A DNA stretch of 64,000 nt from IMG/VR virus record IMGVR_UViG_3300031521_000027, positions 1-64,000 of that record; one strand, written 5' to 3'. This stretch comes from a virus. Both the position numbers and the translations under genes were made by a program. Shown one piece after another: positions 17,641 through 26,073 of the stretch; within the stretch, counting starts at the first letter, position 1; every line of letters begins with the position of its first letter. The notes under the pieces are model-generated. The model was not told the DNA's origin. It was given only the letters and a program-made list of their open reading frames with translations, and ran no database searches.

Positions 17641-20600
17641 GTGCTCCTCCAGCTCAGCAACATCAGTGATCCCGAGGTAGTCGAGCTGGCCAACAACCTG
17701 CTCCTCCTCAGCAAGGGAGACAGGCACGTCCGGACCCCCGAGGGTTCCCGCAAGTACGGCCTGCCCATTGGTGCACTGATCACGCTCGACGCCATCGCTC
17801 GCGCGGACAAGCGCTTCCCCAACACCCCCGTCCCCGAGGATCGCGCGGCAGCAGCGGGCGGCTCCGGTGGTGGAGACGGTCCCAAGGGCCCCAAGGGTCC
17901 GAAGGGTCCCAAGACCCCGGACAAGCCTGAGCCGCCCAAGACCCCCCGGGCGAAGAAGACCGCTGAAGAGATCAAGCAGGTCATCGCCGACTCCCCCGAC
18001 CTCGACGTCAAGACCGCCCAGTTCACGAAGCTGGAAGGCGACCACACCGTCATGGTGGGGGAACACCCGCACCGGCTGCCTGCCGGGTCCAAGGTGTTCC
18101 GGCTCAACGGCGACAAGTCCGTGGCCATCGCGCGCACCCCCGACCACAACCTCTACCTGCTCACCCCCAAGGGCCGCGCGCTGGACCTGCGGGACCGCAA
18201 CACCGAGAACCAGCTCAACGAGCGTCTCGACAACATGCAGGCCAACGACCCCGACTTCACCATGGAGACCCTCGGCGTCGACCCGACTGACCCCACCGCC
18301 AACAGTGCGGACGTCAACGTTCCTGCCGGTGCCCCGGGCCCGGACGGCACCCCCGCGCCGGACGTCAATCTGGAGGAGATGGCCTCCCGCCTCGACAAGA
18401 TGTCGGCGGAGTCCACCGACCCGGAGCAGGCCAAGCAGTACAAGGAGCTGGCCACCCAGATGCGCGCCGGGAACGGCCCGCAGCGGCTCGCCCTGCCCGA
18501 CAAGAACTCCAAGGACAAGACCAAGACTTCCCCCGATGGCACGCCGGACGCAGCCCCAGACCCCGGCCCCCGGCGTGCCATCCCCCCGAAGCCGGTACCC
18601 ACCCGGAAGCGCCGGGAGGTCGCCCCGAAGGATGCTCCGCCGCAGGACCCGGCCACGATGGACGACAACCACCTGAAGGCCGTCCACGAGGACCTCAGCG
18701 CGGCCAAGGACATCCACCCGACCAACAAGGAGCTGGCCGACCGGCACGCCGCAATCACCGCTGAGAAGGACAAGCGCGCGACAGCCAAGGAGCTGGACAA
18801 GGCCAAGTCGAAGCTCAACGGCGCGGAGGCAGCTTCCCCGGCTTCCGAACCGAAGGGTCGCTCCGACGGCAAGATCGGGCACAACGCCGTTCCGGACGCC
18901 AACCGGGACAAGGCGATCACTGCCGACGTCGCAGCCAACGGCATCGACGGAGAGAAGAAGAGCCCGAAGCAGGACAAGCTCCCTCTCAAGCCGGACGCTC
19001 CCGCCGAGCCCCAGCCAGCCCCCACGATGTCGACCGAGGCCTTCGGCGACCGCAGGCTCAGCGCCGCCGACATGCGCGCGCAGGGCATCACTGCCGGGGA
19101 GGGCAAGTTCTCCACCCCGGTCACCAACCGCAAGGACGTCCTGAACGCCCGGGTGGGCGACAAGTTCCTCACCAAGAACCGGTACAGCGGTGGCCTGTGG
19201 GGCATGGAGGCCGACGGCCAGATCCACCTGCTCTCCGACGACGGTGACCACACCGAGATCTCCATGTCCCCCACGGAGTTCGCCGACCTGATGGAGCCGC
19301 ACCCGCTGTACGGGACCACGGACTTCTACGCTTTTTCTGGAAACAGGAACAACCAGAACGCACACCCGACGTCCAAGCCCGGCGACAAGGTCAACGCCCC
19401 GTGGGTCGAGCAGGCTGCGGTCGGCTCCGTCGCACAGGACGGCACCGGGATCGTCGGCAAGAAGAACGCCGATGGCACCTACGACACCCCCATCGGCAAG
19501 GTCACGCAGGACTTCTACCTGCCCAGCGACGTCGCCGGGGATGACTCGGTCGTCGTCCGCAACGGCCCGGACCCGGATCAGAAGCCCGTCGGAGCCACCG
19601 TCCAGCTGGCCACCACCAACGACCTCGCGGACGTCCCGCAGGGTGACGCCATCGTGCTCGGTGATGGGGAAGTCTCCATCGAGCGCAGGTCCGACGGCAC
19701 CTACGAGGCCGACCTCAACGGCCTGCGGATCCCGATGTCGGAAGACAACGTCGGGCACTACATCGAGAACGGTGACCAGCCCGCGTGGCACGTCCCCAAT
19801 CAGGACATCTCGGGCACCCCCTCGAAGGACAGCTGGAACGAGGGCGACCGGCTCGCGCGCATCGACGATGTGAACGCACAGGAGCCCGGCACCGAGATCC
19901 ACCTCGCTGGGGATGACGGCACCGACCACACCTACACGGTCATGCCTGACGAGCAGGTCATGAACAACGACGATCACACGGTCGTCCCCAACAGCGTCCT
20001 GAAGCCTGCCCTCGTCAACGGGAAGGTGACCGTCGGCAAGCAGCACGTCGAAGGCGACCCCGTACCGACGGTGCCCGAGCGCCACATCGAGAACGTCAGC
20101 GACTACGTCCCCGGCGACAAGATTCAGGAGTACGCCCACCTCCGGGAGATGCGCCCCGGCCAGCAGGTCACCATCTACGTGAAGTCGTCCAAGAACGGTG
20201 GCCGGTCCCTGCCGGTCGTCCTGACCCGCACTGACGACACGCAGGACAACTCCGGCTTCATGTTCCTCGTGGGACGCCGTGGCGCGGGCTACAACTCCTT
20301 CGGCGAGAACAACGCCGCCATCTTCTCAGCCATCAACGACGGTCGTCTGCACTTCGGGGACATCACCAACCTGCCCGGCTCCCGCCCGCACGACATGATC
20401 GACACCAACTGGGACACTACCCCCAACATCGATCTGTACGAGGGCGGCCCCAAGGTCTCCCAGAAGGACCTGTGGGACTTCATCAACGCGCAGGTCTACT
20501 CCCGCTCGATGCAGTCCTCGTACTACAACGTCGACCTGCTGCCCCCGGGCTCGATCTTCCGTTCGCAGGAGGTACGCAACCACCTCTCCGAGCTGGCGAT

Positions 20601-23600
20601 CAAGAAGTACAGCACCTACGGCCCGGACGGCAGGATCCTCGTCCCAGCGCGGCACAAGCCCGCCATGATCCGCTTCGCCGCCGAGAAGCTCGGGTTCGAG
20701 TACACCGAGCCGGGCGCAGTCATCATCCCCGACAACGTGACCATGGCTGACTTCCACCAGCGGGTCACGGTCGGGCGCTACGTCAACGGCGTCTCCCCGA
20801 GCGCCGAGCGGGTCAACATGGGCCCGGAGCAGATGGACGTGACGCTGGCCGACCTCAAGGTTGCCCGCTCGATCATCTCCAACATGCTGACCTCCAATCA
20901 GGAGAAGGCACTGGCTCGCCAGCTCGGCCTCTCGCCCCGGGACAGCACCCCGGACAAGATCCTGAAGCGGGTCATGGCCATGCGCGGATCGCCGTTGCAG
21001 GACATGAACGTCTCCCTCGGCGTCGCCGCCTACTTCGGCATGAAGCGGGACCGCGACGGCATCCGTCAGGGCAACATCACCGCCGCCCGCCAGCACGACA
21101 AGACCCGCAACAAGAAGCTCTTCCTCCAGATGATTCAGGAGCAGGCGGAAGGTCGGCCCCCGGGCTACTACGGCATCCCCGAGGAAGAGTCGTGGCAGCG
21201 CGAGGACGCCCACGGCATCGCCAGCGGACCTGTTTTCAGAAACCACTCGGTGCTCCAGAGGCCTGCCCTCAACAGCGACAACGACCCGACGGCCAAGCCC
21301 CGCTGGGACACCCCGCAGGGATCGGCAGACGCTCCTGCTGCTCCGACCACCCCGGACATCCCGGAAATCCCGGCCACGCCAGCAGCTCCTGAGGCTCCTG
21401 CTGCTCGGGACCTCACCGGGTGGGCTCCTTCCAACCTCTCCGCTTCTGAGCACAACGGGCGAGCCCGGTTCACCATCACGTCCTTGGCCTTGATCGACAG
21501 GGCTCGGGACCGTCAGGTGCGGGTCACCTACGACAACCCTGACAGTGGGGACGCCAGTTCCGACCGGACGCTGAGGTACAGCTCCGGAGGACGGATGTTC
21601 GTCGACATCAATACCGGAGACGCCTTCGATCAGAGTGAGGTCGCTTCGTGGGCGACCTTGCATGGCTACGAGTTCTACCTGCCCGACGGCAACGCTCCCG
21701 CCACGCCGGACACCACTCCTGCTCCGGAGGCAGCCGCCCCCAACGCACCGGCAGCGGCTACCCCGCCTCCTCCGGACTACAACTTCGACACCGGTCAGAT
21801 CACCCCGGCACCCGAGCCGTCCCAGACGAACGGCTCTGTCGAGCCCGCAGACCGTGGTGGCGCGGACACCCCGAGGGAGCCTGCTACCCCCATCGACGTC
21901 CCCTCGCTGGTCAACCAGCCCATCGGGACCCGGGTCAGGGTCAACGGGTCGGTCGGCATTGATGACCGCTTCATGATGGCCACCATCGACAGGGACGTCC
22001 ACGGCAACCGGGTCATCCGGATGGCCTCCGGTCGGGAGTGGCCGCTGACCGAGGAGCGGATGAACACCGCTGTCGGCGGAGGCAACACCTTCGAGGTCGT
22101 GCACGGCATGAACGGCACGGACTCGGTCAGTGTCGACGAGATGCTCAACGCACCCCTCGGGTCGGTCTTCGAGTACAAGTACCCGAACGGCCAGATCGTC
22201 CGGCTCACCGTCACCTCCGATGGACTGGAGCTGACCGACGGCACCATCTGGACTCGCTCCCGCAGGGGCATCTTCTCGCTGGCCTCCACGGGCTCCTTCC
22301 ACCGTGATCCCATGCCTGCCGCCCCGGCTACGCCGGACGTTCCTGACGTCCCCGAGGCGGGCCTGACGCGCGCCACGACCGCCGAGCAGCTGATCAACCT
22401 GCCCGAGGGTGCCCACGTCCGGGTGACCAACCGGAGCGGCGATACCTTCGACACCGCGGCAGGCTTCAACGAGTTCGGAGACCCCACGCTGCGGACGGAG
22501 AGCGGCGGCGGCTTCCACCGGAGCGAGTCCTTCTTCAGCAGCTACATGTCCTCCGGCTACACCTTCGACATCAACGACGCGACGGCAGCTCCCTCGGATC
22601 CCCGGTTCACTCCGGGAGGCACCTTCAACGGCACAGACATCCGGGAAGCCCCGGTGGGCTCCCACATCCGTGGGTCCTCCGGCACCGAGTGGGTCGTGAC
22701 CGGGTCGGGCATCTCCGACATCAGCGGGTCCACCAACTGGCCCTTCAGCACCGTCGCGTCGCACAACGCCACGTTCACCTACATGGGCGACCACGCCCCG
22801 GTGACGCGGTCCTCCGTGGGCTCCGGTGTGGGCATGACCCGGGGCTCCAGCGTGGACGCCCGCAACCTCTTGCAGGTCCCCGACGACCACTGGGTCCAGT
22901 GGGGCACCGGAGGCTACTGGCGGCGTCGTGGCAGCGTGCTGGTCTCCCGCAGTGGGGGCTCGGTACGCCGGATCCGCAACATCGACCGGAGCACCGCCTT
23001 CACCTACGCAGGGGAGAGCCTCAATGGCGCTACTCCGGCACGGGCTCCTCGTGGAGTCACCATCGACCGGCCAAGCGCCGGATCGTGGACTCCGGTCAGT
23101 GCTGAGGTCATCAACCGCTACGACGCGCCGAAGCCGGAACTCAGCTCGGTCGGGTTTGATGAAACGAACACCACGCCCATGCAGGACTACCTCTACACCG
23201 CTGAGGGCGAGGCCGATCTCAAGGCTGGCATCGAGCACGCCCTGCGCGAGGCTGGGGTCACCCGCTTCTCTGTCTCGGTCAGTGGGACCAGCTACGGCTT
23301 CAACATCAGCTACACCACCCCGAAGGGCACCACCCGCCTCAACCGCTCCTTCCGGAGCAATGGCACCCGGGTGGAGAACGGCGAAGCGCACTCCGACGGT
23401 GGCTACATGGCCGAGACGCAGGACCACCTGTTCGCCTTCTACAGGCAGCACGGGATCGAGGAGGTCGAAGTTCACGGCCTGTCTGGCTCCGGATGGAACG
23501 GTGGCCACACGTGGATCCGTCGCGGCTTCAGGCCCGACCCGAACCACGAGAGCCAGAACCAGCAGGCGTTCGCAGGGCACCTCCAGAACCTCGACAGGGT

Positions 23601-23931
23601 CATCGCGGAGATCAACTCCGGCGCTCTCCCGCACTACAACGAGTTCTTGGAGCAGGCGAAGGACCTCCGCACACGGATGGCCAAGCTGATGTCCGATTGG
23701 CTGCGTCTCCCGGAGTCCCAGCGCAACGGCAGTCTGTACGAGTTGCAGCGCGAGCTGAGCTACTTGGGCGAGGTTCGCGACGCCAATGGGAAGACTCGTC
23801 AGCACCCGCCGTCGATTGGGTGGAGACTGTTGGGGAACACTTCTCGTGGAGCCACCCACCACGGCTTCTGGTACTACGGCATCCACGACCTCAACCACTA
23901 CTTCACGAACGGGAGGAGCACACGTGCCTGA
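17641..23931 (+). CDS. Giant (2096 aa) multidomain head-region protein, putative internal/ejected protein with C-terminal GNAT-like domain
   Basis: Uninterrupted ORF with typical codon bias between MuF and protease genes; internal repeats; C-terminal GIEEVEVH...GGHTWIRRGF. Confidence 0.8.
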   Translation: MLLQLSNISDPEVVELANNLLLLSKGDRHVRTPEGSRKYGLPIGALITLDAIARADKRFPNTPVPEDRAAAAGGSGGGDGPKGPKGPKGPKTPDKPEPPKTPRAKKTAEEIKQVIADSPDLDVKTAQFTKLEGDHTVMVGEHPHRLPAGSKVFRLNGDKSVAIARTPDHNLYLLTPKGRALDLRDRNTENQLNERLDNMQANDPDFTMETLGVDPTDPTANSADVNVPAGAPGPDGTPAPDVNLEEMASRLDKMSAESTDPEQAKQYKELATQMRAGNGPQRLALPDKNSKDKTKTSPDGTPDAAPDPGPRRAIPPKPVPTRKRREVAPKDAPPQDPATMDDNHLKAVHEDLSAAKDIHPTNKELADRHAAITAEKDKRATAKELDKAKSKLNGAEAASPASEPKGRSDGKIGHNAVPDANRDKAITADVAANGIDGEKKSPKQDKLPLKPDAPAEPQPAPTMSTEAFGDRRLSAADMRAQGITAGEGKFSTPVTNRKDVLNARVGDKFLTKNRYSGGLWGMEADGQIHLLSDDGDHTEISMSPTEFADLMEPHPLYGTTDFYAFSGNRNNQNAHPTSKPGDKVNAPWVEQAAVGSVAQDGTGIVGKKNADGTYDTPIGKVTQDFYLPSDVAGDDSVVVRNGPDPDQKPVGATVQLATTNDLADVPQGDAIVLGDGEVSIERRSDGTYEADLNGLRIPMSEDNVGHYIENGDQPAWHVPNQDISGTPSKDSWNEGDRLARIDDVNAQEPGTEIHLAGDDGTDHTYTVMPDEQVMNNDDHTVVPNSVLKPALVNGKVTVGKQHVEGDPVPTVPERHIENVSDYVPGDKIQEYAHLREMRPGQQVTIYVKSSKNGGRSLPVVLTRTDDTQDNSGFMFLVGRRGAGYNSFGENNAAIFSAINDGRLHFGDITNLPGSRPHDMIDTNWDTTPNIDLYEGGPKVSQKDLWDFINAQVYSRSMQSSYYNVDLLPPGSIFRSQEVRNHLSELAIKKYSTYGPDGRILVPARHKPAMIRFAAEKLGFEYTEPGAVIIPDNVTMADFHQRVTVGRYVNGVSPSAERVNMGPEQMDVTLADLKVARSIISNMLTSNQEKALARQLGLSPRDSTPDKILKRVMAMRGSPLQDMNVSLGVAAYFGMKRDRDGIRQGNITAARQHDKTRNKKLFLQMIQEQAEGRPPGYYGIPEEESWQREDAHGIASGPVFRNHSVLQRPALNSDNDPTAKPRWDTPQGSADAPAAPTTPDIPEIPATPAAPEAPAARDLTGWAPSNLSASEHNGRARFTITSLALIDRARDRQVRVTYDNPDSGDASSDRTLRYSSGGRMFVDINTGDAFDQSEVASWATLHGYEFYLPDGNAPATPDTTPAPEAAAPNAPAAATPPPPDYNFDTGQITPAPEPSQTNGSVEPADRGGADTPREPATPIDVPSLVNQPIGTRVRVNGSVGIDDRFMMATIDRDVHGNRVIRMASGREWPLTEERMNTAVGGGNTFEVVHGMNGTDSVSVDEMLNAPLGSVFEYKYPNGQIVRLTVTSDGLELTDGTIWTRSRRGIFSLASTGSFHRDPMPAAPATPDVPDVPEAGLTRATTAEQLINLPEGAHVRVTNRSGDTFDTAAGFNEFGDPTLRTESGGGFHRSESFFSSYMSSGYTFDINDATAAPSDPRFTPGGTFNGTDIREAPVGSHIRGSSGTEWVVTGSGISDISGSTNWPFSTVASHNATFTYMGDHAPVTRSSVGSGVGMTRGSSVDARNLLQVPDDHWVQWGTGGYWRRRGSVLVSRSGGSVRRIRNIDRSTAFTYAGESLNGATPARAPRGVTIDRPSAGSWTPVSAEVINRYDAPKPELSSVGFDETNTTPMQDYLYTAEGEADLKAGIEHALREAGVTRFSVSVSGTSYGFNISYTTPKGTTRLNRSFRSNGTRVENGEAHSDGGYMAETQDHLFAFYRQHGIEEVEVHGLSGSGWNGGHTWIRRGFRPDPNHESQNQQAFAGHLQNLDRVIAEINSGALPHYNEFLEQAKDLRTRMAKLMSDWLRLPESQRNGSLYELQRELSYLGEVRDANGKTRQHPPSIGWRLLGNTSRGATHHGFWYYGIHDLNHYFTNGRSTRA

Positions 23932-24337
23932 CACGGCTCCGATGACTCTGGACTACCTGCTGGCCTACGCCAAGTCGCTGGACGAGGGGAAGCCCTTCGA
24001 GTTCGCGGCTACCACCGACTGGCCCGACGACATCGCGTCGATCCTCGGTCAGGTGCAGGATGCCCGGCCCCTCGACAAGGCCACTGAGAAGGCCCTGAAG
24101 GACGCCTACGCCGAGTGGGAGGCCGACGGCTACCCCACTCCGGTCGTGGACTACGACGACGACGAGTACCTGACGGAGGGCTCGGAGCCCGGGGGTCCCC
24201 AGCCGGTGGAGGATGCCGGACTCTTCGGGGACACTGACTTCGAGCCGACCAAGCCCGCCGACCCTTCGCAGTCAGATGCAGCTCCGGCTCCTGAGGCCAC
24301 CCCAGCTCCCGTGGAGGGCACACCTCCTGTGGCCTGA
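23924..24337 (+). CDS. Small acidic hypothetical protein
   Basis: GGAGG RBS, GTG 23924, overlaps the end of the giant ORF. Confidence 0.7.
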   Translation: MPDTAPMTLDYLLAYAKSLDEGKPFEFAATTDWPDDIASILGQVQDARPLDKATEKALKDAYAEWEADGYPTPVVDYDDDEYLTEGSEPGGPQPVEDAGLFGDTDFEPTKPADPSQSDAAPAPEATPAPVEGTPPVA

Positions 24338-24348
24338 GGCCGATCTTC
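24338..24348 (+). promoter_or_regulatory. Phage late-promoter motif GGCCGATCTTC, leaderless
   Basis: Exact motif 6 nt before ATG 24355. Confidence 0.75.
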
Positions 24349-24354
24349 TCAGGC

Positions 24355-25446
24355 ATGGATGAGTTCGTAGTCGTACCCGGCCCGCGAGGCTCTCGCTTCG
24401 TCGAGCTGGCGCGGTCCAGCTCCGGGCGTGTTTTCCGAAAGCAGATCCTCCACTACGGCGAGCTGAAGTACCCGGGCGTCAAGGGTGGCTCCGTCAAGGT
24501 CGACGAGAAGTTCGCTGACGTCCTCATCGCCAACTTCGCCGCAGGCGTGGCCGACATCGTTCAGGTCCCCAAGGTGGGGGACAACAACGAGCACACCGAG
24601 GATCCCGACCGCAACATCGGCGAGGTCATCAAGGTCCTGAAGCAGGCCGACGGGGTCTACGTCGACATCGACGTCCGCACCGACGACGCCGACAAGATGG
24701 GCAAGACCCTCCTCGGGGCCTCCGCCATGCTCCACCTCGACTACATGGACACCACCAGCGGTTCTCGCGTGGGTCCGACCCTCCTGCACACAGCCATCAC
24801 CAACCGTCCCTACGTGACCAACCTCCACGGTTTCGAGGAAGTGATCGCGGCCTCACGTGGTGGGGCCGATCTTGATAGGCAGGTGCTGGTCCTTACTCCG
24901 GCAGACAACGAGGAGAACTTCATGACTCTGGAAGAGACGCTCGCCGCTCTCAAGGCTGACCACGGCATCGACGTGACCGCCCTTCAGGCGCTGGCAGCGA
25001 CGGCGGAAGCGTCTGTCGCCCTGAGCAACAAGATTCAGGAGGAGCTGGTTGGTACCGGCCTCCTGACCCTGAGCAACACCGACGAGACGGTCTCTGCTGA
25101 GGTCCTCATCGGCGCTGTCGCCGAAGCGGGCAACAAGATCGTCGCCCTGACCGCCAAGGTCGACACCCTGATCGAGAGCGGTGCAAAGGCCGCTGCCGAG
25201 GCAGAGGTCGAGAAGCTGGTCCTCTCCGGCCACATCCTCCCGAAGAACAAGGAGGCCATGGTCGAGCTGAAGCTCTCCAACGCCGAGCTGTTCGACAAGA
25301 TCGTCCCCGAGAACCCCATCGTCAAGCTCTCCGCAGAGGGTGGCGCAGAGGTCATCGACGACGCACACGACAAGACGGTGGAGGACGAGATCGCTCGCCT
25401 CAGCGCCGTTGCCGACAGCCAGACCGCCGCGTACGTGCGCTCGTAG
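24355..25446 (+). CDS. Prohead protease-scaffold (Mu gpI-like)
   Basis: GPTLLHTAITNRPYV motif; coiled-coil C-terminal half; position before decoration and capsid genes. Confidence 0.8.
   Translation: MDEFVVVPGPRGSRFVELARSSSGRVFRKQILHYGELKYPGVKGGSVKVDEKFADVLIANFAAGVADIVQVPKVGDNNEHTEDPDRNIGEVIKVLKQADGVYVDIDVRTDDADKMGKTLLGASAMLHLDYMDTTSGSRVGPTLLHTAITNRPYVTNLHGFEEVIAASRGGADLDRQVLVLTPADNEENFMTLEETLAALKADHGIDVTALQALAATAEASVALSNKIQEELVGTGLLTLSNTDETVSAEVLIGAVAEAGNKIVALTAKVDTLIESGAKAAAEAEVEKLVLSGHILPKNKEAMVELKLSNAELFDKIVPENPIVKLSAEGGAEVIDDAHDKTVEDEIARLSAVADSQTAAYVRS
24864..24874 (+). promoter_or_regulatory. Internal late-promoter motif variant GGCCGATCTTG
   Basis: One mismatch to the motif, upstream of internal RBS and ATG 24922. 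Confidence 0.55.
24922..25446 (+). CDS. Nested in-frame scaffolding protein (Mu gpZ-like)
   Basis: GAGGAG RBS then in-frame ATG (MTLEETLAALK). Confidence 0.6.
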   Translation: MTLEETLAALKADHGIDVTALQALAATAEASVALSNKIQEELVGTGLLTLSNTDETVSAEVLIGAVAEAGNKIVALTAKVDTLIESGAKAAAEAEVEKLVLSGHILPKNKEAMVELKLSNAELFDKIVPENPIVKLSAEGGAEVIDDAHDKTVEDEIARLSAVADSQTAAYVRS

Positions 25447-25491
25447 TACTCAGCAGACCCGACCAGAACTCTCAGAAGGAGAACACCAGAA

Positions 25492-25881
25492 ATGACCACC
25501 GAATACTACGGCAACTCGATCCCGGGTCCCGGCTACGTCAGCTCCGACACCACCGTCGATGACGAGCTGCTCTACTCGACCGTCGCCTACACCCAGAAGG
25601 GCGTCACCCTCAAGCCGGGGCAGGGCGTCCTCAAGCTCGGCACCTTCATCAAGCAGGACCCGGGCACCAAGATGTACGTGGCCACGACCACGGCACCCGA
25701 GGGCGTTCTCCGCAAGAGCGTCAACACCGGCTCCGATGCCAACGGCCAGCGCTGGGCAGCCAACATCGTCCTCATGGGCATGTTGAAGCTCGACAAGGTC
25801 TCCGCCGCCAACTCCGGGGTCACCCTGACCTCGGTGCTCGGCGCACAGGTCAACACGGTGCTGGGCTTCTTCAAGTTCTGA
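25492..25881 (+). CDS. Head decoration protein (lambda gpD-like)
   Basis: GVTLKPGQGVLKLGT...EGVL pattern; directly before the capsid gene. Confidence 0.7.
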   Translation: MTTEYYGNSIPGPGYVSSDTTVDDELLYSTVAYTQKGVTLKPGQGVLKLGTFIKQDPGTKMYVATTTAPEGVLRKSVNTGSDANGQRWAANIVLMGMLKLDKVSAANSGVTLTSVLGAQVNTVLGFFKF

Positions 25882-25884
25882 GCA

Positions 25885-26060
25885 CTACCTCCCGGTCGGG
25901 ATTCTGAGGTGATGGAGGGGGCTTCCCCCTCCTGATCCTGAGTAGCTCGAAAGGCCAACTCAACACCAGATCAGGCAAGTGACCGGTAGCCAATCCGGGC
26001 CGCAGATCGGGCACCTAAGCCGGTGTCGCTGACTTCCCAGAAACTACTCTGGCGCGACGA
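25885..26060 (+). other. Structured intergenic leader of the capsid gene
   Basis: Several adjacent hairpins (GGAGGGGG/CCCCCTCC, CTGATC/GATCAG, GGCACC/GGTGTC, CCAGA/TCTGG). Confidence 0.45.
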
Positions 26061-26073
26061 AAGGACAACTTCA

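Noticed and set aside
25970-26045. Loose resemblance of the capsid leader to a c-di-GMP-I riboswitch (GGCAA...CCGG...CGCA...CCTAAG)
   Set aside because: The tetraloop/receptor and P1 elements are not in the right arrangement; kept only as a generic structured leader.
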